Part shown: piece after piece, positions 1 through 8,338 of the stretch | Position numbering within the stretch: position 1 is the stretch's first letter | Layout of the letters: each line of letters starts with the position of its first letter | DNA from: a virus | Taxonomy: Duplodnaviria; Heunggongvirae; Uroviricota; Caudoviricetes | Virus record (IMG/VR): IMGVR_UViG_3300035042_000139 | Length of the DNA: 64,000 nucleotides | Strand: one strand, 5' to 3' | Made by a program: the position numbers and the translations under genes | The notes under the pieces: model-generated | Told to the model about the DNA's origin: nothing | Database searches by the model: none | Seen by the model: the letters and a program-made list of their open reading frames with translations, nothing else

Positions 1-377
1 CTGGAGTTTTTGACGAACCAGAACCCACAAAAGAAGAAATTATTGAATTCGAAATGGACACAATCGGTTTATCTTTAACCTATCCTTCTGAATGGGATTT
101 TGCTAAAAGTGGAGAGGTCTTAGAGGTAGAAGGTATAATTACAGAATCTAAAGAGGTTAAAACCAGAAAGTCAAATAAGCTGATGGCTTTTGCAAAAGTT
201 AAGACAGATAAAAATAAAATTAAACTTGTAGTTTTTCCAGATACCTACAGAGCAAACCACGACTTATTCCAAAAAGGTTTTAAGCTAAAGCTTGAAGGTA
301 AAAAAGATAAAAGTAATGCAATGCTGGTTGATAAAGTTAAATTGATTGAAGGAGATTTCTTTAAGAAAGCTAATTAG
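1..377 (+). CDS. Partial CDS (5' end outside the window). C-terminal OB-fold (tRNA_anti-like) of a replication protein, probably a DNA polymerase III alpha (DnaE)-type C-terminus.
   Basis: Frame 3 is open from base 3 with no upstream stop (GVFDEPEPTKEEIIEFEMDTIG...). The pattern 'KLMAFAKVKTDKNKIKLVVFPDTYRANHDLF' resembles the DnaE C-terminal OB domain ('MAF..LED..G.IE.VVFP..Y'). Stop at 375-377. Confidence 0.4.
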   Translation, partial: GVFDEPEPTKEEIIEFEMDTIGLSLTYPSEWDFAKSGEVLEVEGIITESKEVKTRKSNKLMAFAKVKTDKNKIKLVVFPDTYRANHDLFQKGFKLKLEGKKDKSNAMLVDKVKLIEGDFFKKAN

Positions 378-2001
378 AAAGAAGGTGGTAAGTTTGAGCA
401 AATTAAAAGTAGAAGATATACAAGAAAAACTAAATATAAATAAAATAGTAGCAGAGCTCATGGTGGATAGAGGTCTTGATAATGAGAAAGATTTAGACCT
501 CTTTCTCAACGGCTCTTTAAAAGACCTGCACGAACCAGAAAAGATACCAAATATTAAGGAATTTGCAGATAAGGTAAAAGAGTATGCCTTCTTTTCAAAG
601 ATTGCAATCTATTCAGATTATGATGCTGATGGAGTTTCATCTGCTTATATTTTAAGAACTGCACTAAAAAAGCTGTCAAACAATGCTAAGGTGGATGTCT
701 TTTTTGCTAATAGGTTTAAAGATGGTTATGGTTTATCAAAAAGGTCAATAGATATAATGAATCATCAGGGGGCTAAGTTAATAATTACTTTAGATTGCGG
801 TATATCTAATCAGGCTGAAATAGATTATGCACGCTCTTTGGGAATGGAAGTAGTTGTTATCGACCACCACGAAAGTGATGATGGTGTTGATGCTCCCTTT
901 ATAGATTTAAAAGCAAACTCGGGAGATTATCCATTTACTGAACTTTGTGGAGCTGGAGCAGTCTGGAAGTTTTCTCAGTATCTTCTAGATGACTTATTCT
1001 TAGATGTAATCGACATTGCAGCAATTGCTACAGTAGCTGATGTTGTACCTTTAGTTGATGAAAACAGAATTATCGTCAGAGAAGGCTTAAAGCGTATGAG
1101 AAATGGAATAATGAATCCCGGCCTTAAAAATATACTTGAAGTTAACGAGGTTGATGAAACAAAACTTTCAGCGACTGATATAGGCTTTAAGATAGGACCA
1201 CTCATCAACGCTACTGGAAGGCTTAAAACCGCTCGACCAGCATATGATATTTTATATACAGATAACGAATATCAGCGCTCAGAATTAGCTGATGAGCTTT
1301 ATAGAAAAAATGTACAACGAAAAGATATCACTAAAAAGATATTAGATGAAATGAAAAATGATATCGATGATAGTGATAAAGTAATAGTTTGTAATGGCAA
1401 TATACCACAGGGCATAGTTGGACTTATTTCAGGAAGAATATCATCTTCTTTTGAGAAGCCATCAATAGTTGTTGATAGAAAGAGTGGTAAGGGTTCAGGC
1501 AGAAGCATAGAGCCGTTTAATCTTTACGAAAATTTAAAAGTCTGCTTAGAAGAAGAACTCTTAAATTCTGCAGGTGGACACTCGATGGCAGCTGGCCTAA
1601 ATGTATCAATGAACAAATTTGATGATTTTAGCTTAAGACTAAATGAGCTTGCTGAAAGTGTAGAGTTAATGCCAGTAACCTATGATAAAGAGGTAGACAT
1701 AGGTGAAATTTCAGAAGAGCTACTATACGACCTTGAGATTTTAGAACCATGTGGAGAAGGAAACAGGAAGCCAGTATTCTATTCAAAAGATGTTGATATA
1801 ACTTCAGTCTGGGTTCTGCCAGGAAATGAACATGTTAAATTTAAAGCTGGTGGAGTTGAAGCTATAGCCTTTAGGCAGGCTGATATGGAAAGAACCTTGA
1901 GAGAGGGTAAAGTTAACCTAACATATACAGTTGGCTGGAATGAGTATAGAGGCAGAAAGTCACTGCAAATAATAGTTGAAAAGATAAATCCTTTTAAGTA
2001 A
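346..2001 (+). CDS. recJ: Single-stranded-DNA-specific exonuclease, RecJ-like (DHH/DHHA1 phosphoesterase).
   Basis: DHH-family motifs 'IYSDYDADGVSS', 'ITLDCGIS', 'VVVIDHHE' and a DHHA1-like 'GGGHSMAAG' region. The true start is probably the in-frame TTG at 394 (or GTG at 385) after RBS AAGGTGG (382-388), because the first ATG overlaps the upstream gene. Confidence 0.75.
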   Translation: MKEISLRKLIRKKVVSLSKLKVEDIQEKLNINKIVAELMVDRGLDNEKDLDLFLNGSLKDLHEPEKIPNIKEFADKVKEYAFFSKIAIYSDYDADGVSSAYILRTALKKLSNNAKVDVFFANRFKDGYGLSKRSIDIMNHQGAKLIITLDCGISNQAEIDYARSLGMEVVVIDHHESDDGVDAPFIDLKANSGDYPFTELCGAGAVWKFSQYLLDDLFLDVIDIAAIATVADVVPLVDENRIIVREGLKRMRNGIMNPGLKNILEVNEVDETKLSATDIGFKIGPLINATGRLKTARPAYDILYTDNEYQRSELADELYRKNVQRKDITKKILDEMKNDIDDSDKVIVCNGNIPQGIVGLISGRISSSFEKPSIVVDRKSGKGSGRSIEPFNLYENLKVCLEEELLNSAGGHSMAAGLNVSMNKFDDFSLRLNELAESVELMPVTYDKEVDIGEISEELLYDLEILEPCGEGNRKPVFYSKDVDITSVWVLPGNEHVKFKAGGVEAIAFRQADMERTLREGKVNLTYTVGWNEYRGRKSLQIIVEKINPFK

Positions 2002-2027
2002 TAATTATAGTTTATAAGGAGGTAAAA

Positions 2028-2450
2028 ATGCTTAAAAAATTATTGAATTTTTTTAAGAAAAATTCTTCTTTAGTTTCTGGAAATAATAATAAAGTCGCCG
2101 GCAGAGATATAAACTCTGTTGGCGATAACAATTTAAAAAGTAAAGTTGTTATAAATGGAAGAATGTATGAAGGTAACAATATTAGCATTTCAAATGGTGA
2201 GGTTCGTGTTGATGGCAGCAAAGTAGATGATATTGATGATGATATAAAATGTCTAAAAATAAACGGAGATATAAACGGCAATTTAACTACTGACCTTGCT
2301 GTAAACTGCAACAATGTCGATGGAGATATAAGTTCTCACGGAAGTATTAACTGTGACGACGTTTTTGGAAGTGTATACTCTAAAGGCAGTGTAAATTGTG
2401 AAGATGTTAATGGTGATATTACAGCAAATGGAAGTGTAAATACTATATAA
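2028..2450 (+). CDS. Bactofilin-like / polymer-forming beta-helical repeat protein.
   Basis: Strong RBS AAGGAGGT at 2016-2023. Protein has a repetitive 'G.V.G.I..NG.V' pattern, e.g. 'INGDINGNLTTDLAVNCNNVDGDISSHGSINCDDVFGSVYSKGSVNCEDVNGDITANGSVN'. Confidence 0.35.
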   Translation: MLKKLLNFFKKNSSLVSGNNNKVAGRDINSVGDNNLKSKVVINGRMYEGNNISISNGEVRVDGSKVDDIDDDIKCLKINGDINGNLTTDLAVNCNNVDGDISSHGSINCDDVFGSVYSKGSVNCEDVNGDITANGSVNTI

Positions 2451-2454
2451 GGTT

Positions 2455-2482
2455 GAGAAGGCATTTCGCCTTCTCTTTTTTT
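2455..2482 (+). terminator. Rho-independent terminator.
   Basis: GAGAAGGC (2455-2462), loop ATTTC, GCCTTCTC (2468-2475), then T7 run. Followed by TGtTATAAT (2484-2492), a possible extended -10. Confidence 0.7.
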
Positions 2483-2513
2483 ATGTTATAATATGTAAAA
2501 GGAGGGATTTAAT

Positions 2514-2816
2514 TTGGCTTCTTTTGAAGAAGAAAGAAAAAAGATATCTAATAAAATAAAAGGTGGAAAGAAAAAATCTTTTAGAAGGTTGAGAGAGTGG
2601 AATGTAGAGAATAAAATATTATATGGAATTATGTTTTCGCTTAACTTGAAGATTTCTGACTTAGCTAAAATAATAAATGTTAGTCCCAGAACTGTTCAGG
2701 CATGGGTTTTTGAAGGCAGGAATCCCAATGAAGAAAATAAAGAAAGCCTATCTAAATTACTTGGTTATCCTGAGTATATATTATTTTATGATTTGAGAAA
2801 AGGAGGTAAAAAATGA
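2514..2816 (+). CDS. XRE-like helix-turn-helix DNA-binding protein.
   Basis: Segment 'ISDLAKIINVSPRTVQAWVFEGRNP' has the HTH signature (helix, turn G/S, recognition helix with T/R..V..W). RBS AAAGGAGGG upstream. Confidence 0.5.
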   Translation: MASFEEERKKISNKIKGGKKKSFRRLREWNVENKILYGIMFSLNLKISDLAKIINVSPRTVQAWVFEGRNPNEENKESLSKLLGYPEYILFYDLRKGGKK

Positions 2817-3037
2817 TTAAAACTTTAAAAGAAGATAATGGAGACTGGACTGTATATGATGATGAATCAATGATTGCTGCTACCATATCAATAATAAATG
2901 AATATTCTATAATTCCAGAAGATGAAAAGACTAGAAAATACAGGGTTGATATGAGCGGAAAAACAGTAAGAACATATATAAAAAACTTCAACGATGCTGT
3001 TTCTGCAGCCGCTGAAGCTATAAGAGATAAAAAGTAA
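2813..3037 (+). CDS. Hypothetical protein.
   Basis: ORF overlaps the stop of the upstream gene (ATGA). RBS GGAGG at 2802-2806. Confidence 0.4.
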   Translation: MIKTLKEDNGDWTVYDDESMIAATISIINEYSIIPEDEKTRKYRVDMSGKTVRTYIKNFNDAVSAAAEAIRDKK

Positions 3038-3288
3038 AATTATTTGCACATTAATATTGAATGTGTTATAGTTAAATTATAAAATATGTAGTATGTAGAG
3101 TGATACTTATCAAACTAAAATTAAAACAAAAAAAATAGGAGCGACCCACCAAGTCACTCCAGCAAACAAAAATAAACTAAAACAAACAGAAAAAACAAAA
3201 ATAACCATTTAATTGTTTAATTCTTGGATTAATAATAACACATATAGATAATATTAGTCAAGGGTTATTTAAAAGTTTTTCCTATTCT

Positions 3289-3335
3289 CGCCCACTGTTT
3301 GCTGGATACTTGCCAAGACTCTAGCAGCAGTGGGC
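3289..3335 (+). promoter_or_regulatory. Long imperfect hairpin (about 13-bp stem, 20-nt loop) in a 335-bp non-coding A/CA-rich region.
   Basis: GCCCACTG(3289-3296) pairs with CAGTGGGC(3328-3335). Inner pairs are TGCTG/CAGCA. Lies directly upstream of RBS AAAGGAGATG and the ATG at 3374. Confidence 0.4.
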
Positions 3336-3373
3336 TTTATTATGCTCCGAAAACAAAAGGAGATGTAGACGAA

Positions 3374-3544
3374 ATGAATAAAAAGAAAAGAGAAAGCTTA
3401 AAAAAAGCAATGGAGATTTATAAGAATAAGGAAAAACAAAAACCAAAAGGGTACATAGAGACTAACATCAGAATAAAGCATAGTATTTCAGAAAAACAAT
3501 ACGAAAGATTATTGGATTATGTTTTATGTGGCGGTGTTTTATAA
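3374..3544 (+). CDS. Small basic hypothetical protein. The ORF-track N-terminal extension from 3299 is probably not translated.
   Basis: RBS AAAGGAG at 3356-3362 precedes ATG 3374 (MNKKKRESLKK...). The 3299 start lies inside the hairpin. Confidence 0.4.
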   Translation: MNKKKRESLKKAMEIYKNKEKQKPKGYIETNIRIKHSISEKQYERLLDYVLCGGVL

Positions 3545-3614
3545 TGAAAGAAATTATAAAATCTATTAATGCTGAAAATGTGTCTAATATTATTGGTGGA
3601 GAAGGTGTTGCTGT

Positions 3615-4583
3615 ATGAGTGATAAAAAACAGCGACCACTAAAGAGGGTTGTTATAAAAGAAGAACTAGTTGAGCTTACAGGAGAGTACTTAGCAGCATT
3701 AGTTTTAAATCAGTTTATATACTGGTCAGAAAGAGTTAATGATTATGACAAAATGTTAAGTGAAGAATATTCAAGGTTAGAAAATGAAGGAATAAAAACT
3801 GATGAAGAAGTTCAGTTTAAGAATGGGTGGATATATAAAAGTGCTGAAGAAATGAATGAAGAATTAATGGTAGATATGACTGAACCTACTATAAGAAAAA
3901 GAATGACTAAGTTAGTAGAAAAAAAATGGCTACAAAGAAGGAGAAATCCAAAGTACAAGCAGGATAGAACATATCAGTACAGAGTAGATATTATACAGAT
4001 ACAAAAAGACTTACTTAAGCTTGGTTATAACTTAGATAAATATCCTTCAATAATTCAAAAGGTTCCTTATCCCCGAGATAACGCCAAAGAAAATAAAAAC
4101 GAATGCAAAGAAAATGATTTTGTTTCAAACACGAATAATTTTGGTTCAAACATAAATAAAAACGAAACATTACCAGAGAGTACTACAGAGACTACTACAA
4201 ATTCTAATAATAATAACAAAAAGCCGGGAGATAAAAATTCAGAACTGCTTGTGGATAACTTCCAAAAAGCATTCGGCAAAAAACCAAACGATTTTCAAAA
4301 GCAAAAGCTCTCAGAGTTTATTGATAAAGGTGGCGATTTTGAACTATTGCTCAAAACAATAGAGTACTGTGCACTAGGTGGCCACAACCAGACATTCTTT
4401 TTCAGGAGACTTGATATCCTGATGGACAAAGGTATTTATAAAAAAGACGACCTTAAAAAGATTTTTAGAAAAGACAATCTTAAAACAGCTGCAGGAGATT
4501 CTAATAAAACAGAGAAGAATGAAGTAGAGGATAATTATAAATGGAAGGATTTCTTTATAGATTTCGACAAGTATAAGGAGTGA
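3615..4583 (+). CDS. DnaD-domain replication initiation / replisome organiser protein.
   Basis: C-terminal 'KQKLSEFIDKGGDFELLLKTIEYCALGGHNQTFFFRRLDILMDKGIYKKDDLKK' matches the DnaD-like domain pattern (IxYA...G.....YxxxILxxWxxxGIxT). N-terminus is winged-helix-like. A low-complexity N/T-rich linker separates them. Confidence 0.55.
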   Translation: MSDKKQRPLKRVVIKEELVELTGEYLAALVLNQFIYWSERVNDYDKMLSEEYSRLENEGIKTDEEVQFKNGWIYKSAEEMNEELMVDMTEPTIRKRMTKLVEKKWLQRRRNPKYKQDRTYQYRVDIIQIQKDLLKLGYNLDKYPSIIQKVPYPRDNAKENKNECKENDFVSNTNNFGSNINKNETLPESTTETTTNSNNNNKKPGDKNSELLVDNFQKAFGKKPNDFQKQKLSEFIDKGGDFELLLKTIEYCALGGHNQTFFFRRLDILMDKGIYKKDDLKKIFRKDNLKTAAGDSNKTEKNEVEDNYKWKDFFIDFDKYKE

Positions 4584-4589
4584 TTAAAG

Positions 4590-4823
4590 ATGATTCCTGT
4601 TGACAAGGATATTTATAATGAGCTCATACAGGCCAGACAAATCTATGTTAAAGATTTAGGCTTTGAGGATTTTGCTAATACTTTATTCAATGATTTGGAC
4701 TATCTTATAAACAAACTTGCCTTTATAGGTTTTAGGAGGGCATACACCTGGGCCACCATGAATAAGTCTGAGTTTGCTCAGGGTATGGCTCAGGGTTTTG
4801 CGATAAGAAACGAAAGATTATGA
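4590..4823 (+). CDS. Hypothetical protein.
   Basis: ORF with RBS AAGGAG at 4576-4581. Confidence 0.4.
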   Translation: MIPVDKDIYNELIQARQIYVKDLGFEDFANTLFNDLDYLINKLAFIGFRRAYTWATMNKSEFAQGMAQGFAIRNERL

Positions 4824-4864
4824 TGCAAATAATTGTATTTTAATTTAGTTTATAATACTAAACC

Positions 4865-4893
4865 TTGAAAAATGGATAGGGGTATGGTATACT
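4865..4893 (+). promoter_or_regulatory. Sigma70-type promoter with extended -10.
   Basis: TTGAAA (4865-4870), 17 nt spacer, TATACT (4888-4893), preceded by TGg. The shared 'TTGAAAAATGG...ATGGTATAcT' core also occurs at 36951-36979 on the - strand. Confidence 0.45.
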
Positions 4894-5102
4894 TATTATA
4901 GGTTAAAAAGAGAGGGGGATTTACCATAAAGTTATATAAATGGCAGGAGGAAGTTTTTGCTGATAAGTCATCAGTTATAGAAGTTAAAGGAGCAAGAAGA
5001 ACAGGCAAAACAGAGCTTGGAAATCATTTATCTTTAAGAGATGAGGTTGTTGTAAGATACTTTAAATACAGTAGACAAAAGGATGAATGTTTTAAATCAA
5101 CT

Positions 5103-5534
5103 ATGCACAATATACTCTCACTTAAGAATTTTATAAGCTATACTGCTAAAGATAGAAGAATAATTCGATACTGGATTTTAAATGATAATGATGAAGTTGA
5201 AAGCAGAAAAATATTCTTTTTATCTGGAACATCAGATTATGCTATCAGAAATATATATGAAAGAACAAATGGTTATACTAAAAAAATCGATACTTTAATT
5301 TTTGAAGACATGGAAGTTTCTGATAAAAAAGTAGAAAAAATAAGAGAGCATTTTATTAAAGACTTTAATTTAAAGCAGATATTCATTTTTAACTCAACTC
5401 CTTTAAAAAGGAAACAATATGTGATAGACTTATTACAGGTCAACAAAAGTGCAGCAGAAGACATGAAAAAACTAATGTCTGAAGAAAGGTATAAAGAAGA
5501 TATAAAACTTATTGGTTACGAGGAGGTAGATTAA
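5103..5534 (+). CDS. Hypothetical protein.
   Basis: 143-aa ORF. No recognisable motif. Confidence 0.4.
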   Translation: MHNILSLKNFISYTAKDRRIIRYWILNDNDEVESRKIFFLSGTSDYAIRNIYERTNGYTKKIDTLIFEDMEVSDKKVEKIREHFIKDFNLKQIFIFNSTPLKRKQYVIDLLQVNKSAAEDMKKLMSEERYKEDIKLIGYEEVD

Positions 5535-5708
5535 TTGCCTACATATAATTACAGGTGTAAAGATTGTGGCCACGAGTTTTCTGAGATTCAGAAAATAAGT
5601 GATGAGCCTTTTAAAGAATGTCCAAAATGTGAAGGTGAGCTTGAAAAGATTTTTAAAAAACCACCCGGCATTCAATTTAAAGGTCCAGGATTTTATAGTA
5701 ATACTTAA
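5535..5708 (+). CDS. FmdB-family zinc-ribbon regulatory protein (TTG start). Not in the ORF track.
   Basis: RBS AGGAGG at 5521-5526 then TTG 5535. MPTYNYRCKDCGHEF...CPKCEG: CxxC-x17-CxxC with the typical FmdB N-terminus 'Y.Y.C..CGH.FE'. Confidence 0.6.
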   Translation: MPTYNYRCKDCGHEFSEIQKISDEPFKECPKCEGELEKIFKKPPGIQFKGPGFYSNT

Positions 5709-5771
5709 CTTTTTTTTAGGCTTAATGGTTTAGTTAAGTTTAATAAACTAATCAATTGAAAGGATGATTTT

Positions 5772-5909
5772 ATGTGGGGCCCGATGTTTATATTTTTTAG
5801 CCTTCTGGCTATTATGGTTTTTGCAGTTTCTATCTTTTCTATCTTTCCGAAGGTAGGAAATGCAATTAAAAAATATTTTGACTGGGAAGATGAAGAAGAG
5901 AATAAATAA
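5772..5909 (+). CDS. Small membrane protein (45 aa).
   Basis: ATG after RBS AAAGGATG. Single hydrophobic helix 'MFIFFSLLAIMVFAVSIFSIF' and an acidic C-terminus. Confidence 0.35.
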   Translation: MWGPMFIFFSLLAIMVFAVSIFSIFPKVGNAIKKYFDWEDEEENK

Positions 5910-5933
5910 TAAAAAACTAGGGGGATTTATTTT

Positions 5934-7034
5934 ATGACAGGAAAAGACAAAGGTATGATGGGGCTTATAGCATTTTTGGTGATTGTGTTTATTGCAGGTG
6001 TAGGATTTTTTATGGTAACGGATAATATCGAGCCAGGGTTTGTTGGCTATGTTTATGACCGTACCATTGACCCTGATAATCCAGATGAAAATAGTGTACC
6101 TGTATTAGAGGGTACATCAGTAATCAACCAGCCAAGGTATGGACTTGTTTGGCTTAATCCTTTTACTCAAGAAATGTATATCTCACCAACAACTATTATC
6201 AGCAGAAACTGGACTAAAAATGAGCAGGAAGGCTCAAAACAGGATGACTCAATTGAGGCAGGAACAATTGAGGGCAAGAATGTAATTACTGATATTTATA
6301 TGTCAGTTCAGCCAGAAAATGTAGCTAAGATTATTAAAAATTGGGGCGTCAAAAAAGACTTCGAGACTATTGTAGATGATGAGCTTTACGGAGTTATGAA
6401 GGGCGAGGTTAAAAAGGTAACAAGAAAAACTTCAGTCTATAACTTCCAGGCCAAGGTTAGTGAAATGCAGACAGAAATCTTTGAGAACTTAAAAGAAACA
6501 ATGTCTGATAAGTATGGCATTAGATTAATCAGGTTTGAATTTGGAAACATATTAGTGCCAGAGGAAATTCAGGCTGAGATTAACCGAAAAACATCAGCTA
6601 TTAATGAGGTAGAACTTGCTGAGCTGGATGCTAAAAGACAGGCTGAGGTTAACGCTAAAGAGGTAGCAAGACAGGAAGCTGAGTCAAAGCAGGAGCTTAT
6701 TCAAAGACAGGCAGCTGCTGATGCTGATGCTTATGAGAAGGAAAGAAAAGCAGATGCAGAAGCTTACTCTATTGAAAGAAAGGCAGAGGCTATTAAGATG
6801 GCAGCTAACAATAAATATGAAGCAGCTATTTTAGAAAAGAAAGCAGAGTTAGAAAAACAGCAGGCTTATACAGATGTGTATTTTGCTAACAGAGAGCTTG
6901 ACCTGCAGACTAAAGCTGTTACAAGCATCAATGATAAGATGAAGATTATTGTTACTCCAGAAGACGGCAGTGGTATAGGTTCAATGCCCGGTATCATGGG
7001 TATCTTAAATGAAATCAGCGGGGCGATGGAATAA
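5934..7034 (+). CDS. SPFH / Band-7 (flotillin/HflK-like) membrane-scaffold protein.
   Basis: N-terminal TM helix (GLIAFLVIVFIAGVGFFMV), SPFH-like core, and a long Ala/Glu/Lys-rich coiled coil ('EVELAELDAKRQAEVNAKEVARQEAESKQELIQRQAAADADAYEKERKADAEAY...') typical of flotillin and HflK/C. Confidence 0.65.
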   Translation: MTGKDKGMMGLIAFLVIVFIAGVGFFMVTDNIEPGFVGYVYDRTIDPDNPDENSVPVLEGTSVINQPRYGLVWLNPFTQEMYISPTTIISRNWTKNEQEGSKQDDSIEAGTIEGKNVITDIYMSVQPENVAKIIKNWGVKKDFETIVDDELYGVMKGEVKKVTRKTSVYNFQAKVSEMQTEIFENLKETMSDKYGIRLIRFEFGNILVPEEIQAEINRKTSAINEVELAELDAKRQAEVNAKEVARQEAESKQELIQRQAAADADAYEKERKADAEAYSIERKAEAIKMAANNKYEAAILEKKAELEKQQAYTDVYFANRELDLQTKAVTSINDKMKIIVTPEDGSGIGSMPGIMGILNEISGAME

Positions 7035-7201
7035 TGATGTTTGATGAGGATTTTATAGGACTAATGATTGGAGGATTTGGATTTTTCCTGATTGCAGTAT
7101 CATTTTTACTGGCAGACATTCCTTTGTCGGGCAAGTTGTTACTTGAGGGGTTTTTATTCTTGGTAGCTTGGCTTATTTGGGAGATGAAAAATTCATTGTA
7201 A
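7034..7201 (+). CDS. Small two-helix membrane protein translationally coupled to the SPFH gene (possible NfeD-like partner).
   Basis: ATG overlaps the SPFH stop (TAATG). MMFDEDFIGLMIGGFGFFLIAVSFLLADIPLSGKLLLEGFLFLVAWLIWEMKNSL. Confidence 0.4.
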   Translation: MMFDEDFIGLMIGGFGFFLIAVSFLLADIPLSGKLLLEGFLFLVAWLIWEMKNSL

Positions 7202-7232
7202 AAAAAGAGAGGCGGGTAATTCCGCCTCTTAA
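7201..7232. terminator. Bidirectional rho-independent terminator.
   Basis: A6 (7201-7206), then AGAGGCGG (7208-7215), loop GTAATT, CCGCCTCT (7222-7229). Read on the - strand it gives a U-run directly after the stop of the 7229..7525 gene. Confidence 0.75.
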
Positions 7233-7525
7233 TCTAAATCTTCTTCGACATATTTAGAGTGTGACTGGCCTAGTTTCTGGTATTTAGAGTAATATTTTTT
7301 AAGGATATAGCGGTATCCTTCTTCGGTTAACTCATTAATGTTACGCTTAATACCAATCTTTCTAAGCCTTAATGATAACATTTTAATCTCATAATACAGG
7401 TCGGGGTCAATTGTTCCACTAAATTCTATTCTTTCTATTTTTTTCTTTTTCGACATATACCTCACCTCTGTATTAATTGTATCTCGTACAATTTTGATTG
7501 TCAATAATACAATAAAAGAATGCAC
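7229..7525 (-). CDS. Hypothetical protein. Lone - strand gene within the + strand module.
   Basis: 98-aa basic ORF flanked by a terminator. Unknown function. Confidence 0.4.
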   Translation of the reverse strand: MHSFIVLLTIKIVRDTINTEVRYMSKKKKIERIEFSGTIDPDLYYEIKMLSLRLRKIGIKRNINELTEEGYRYILKKYYSKYQKLGQSHSKYVEEDLD

Positions 7526-7642
7526 CTTCTTATATAGGTTTACTTAAACAACAAAAGTATAGGCAGTAAATTTTTTAATCTTACATTATAGAAAATAAAA
7601 AAGCAAATTTAATTTTAAAAAGGATTGGAAGTGGTTTATTTA

Positions 7643-8338
7643 ATGACATGTGTAGTTGGATTTAAAGCAGAAAAAGAAAACAAAATATATATTGGCGCTG
7701 ACACTGTTGGCTCTACAAATTACACAAAAGAAAACAGGAAAGACGGCAAGGTATTTGCTTCAGGTGATTTCACAATAGGTTTTGCGGGTTCTTATAGAAT
7801 GGGACAGGTATTGCAGTATAAATTAGATGTTCCGGCACAGAAAGACTCTCAGACAGACCACGGCTATATGGCCACGACATTTATCGATGCAGTTAGGAGA
7901 CTTTTTGATAAAAATGGTATTATGGGTGTCGACCAGGACAACAAGGAATTTGGCGGTTTGTTTTTAGTAGCATATAAAAATGAGCTCTATAGAATCGACT
8001 ATGACTTTCAGGTTGGTATCGGAAGTGAAGACTTTACCGCTATAGGTTCCGGTGGAGAGGTAGCTTTGGGGGCTATGTACGCTTTAAATAGTTTTGATGA
8101 AGTTGGGCCTACCGAAAAGGTAACGATGTCTATTCTGGCAGCTATGGACCTCACACCCTTTGTTGGTGGAGATATAGAGATTGTAACTCATACCTATGTT
8201 GAAGAAAAAGAGATTGATAAGGTATACAAGAAACTTTCTGATATGACAGATGAGGACCTAATGGAGATTCAGGAATATCTTGATATGACTATTTGCGATA
8301 ATGACATGATGGCTCTCGGAGTTGATGAGTGTGCGTAG
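7643..8338 (+). CDS. HslV/20S-proteasome-beta-like Ntn-hydrolase peptidase (T1 family).
   Basis: With start at ATG 7643 the N-terminus is M-TCVVGFKAEKENKIYIGADTVGS, i.e. nucleophile Thr1 after Met removal, matching HslV/proteasome beta 'TT.VG.K..DGVVLAAD'. A later 'FTAIGSGGEVALGAMYAL' matches the GSGG motif. Confidence 0.55.
   Translation: MTCVVGFKAEKENKIYIGADTVGSTNYTKENRKDGKVFASGDFTIGFAGSYRMGQVLQYKLDVPAQKDSQTDHGYMATTFIDAVRRLFDKNGIMGVDQDNKEFGGLFLVAYKNELYRIDYDFQVGIGSEDFTAIGSGGEVALGAMYALNSFDEVGPTEKVTMSILAAMDLTPFVGGDIEIVTHTYVEEKEIDKVYKKLSDMTDEDLMEIQEYLDMTICDNDMMALGVDECA

Noticed and set aside
285-509. Short antisense ORFs listed in the six-frame track (285..509, 975..1208, 1299..1508, 2012..2314, 2752..2991, 4067..4279, 5273..5464, 8984..9265, 9308..9499, 10862..11092, 12302..12547, 12478..12660, 14791..15114, 15405..15644, 17498..17782, 19668..19850).
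   Set aside because: Each lies fully inside a longer ORF on the other strand that has a recognisable domain and/or RBS. They have low-complexity, Leu/Ser/Phe-rich translations typical of antisense AT-rich DNA.
3299-3373. N-terminal extension of ORF 3299..3544 (MLDTCQDSSSSGLYYAPKTKGDVDE).
   Set aside because: Lies within the strong hairpin and lacks an RBS. The ATG at 3374 with AAAGGAG is the likely start.
5472-5675. - strand ORF of 67 aa.
   Set aside because: Overlaps the much better-supported + strand FmdB zinc-ribbon gene (RBS plus conserved CxxC pairs).
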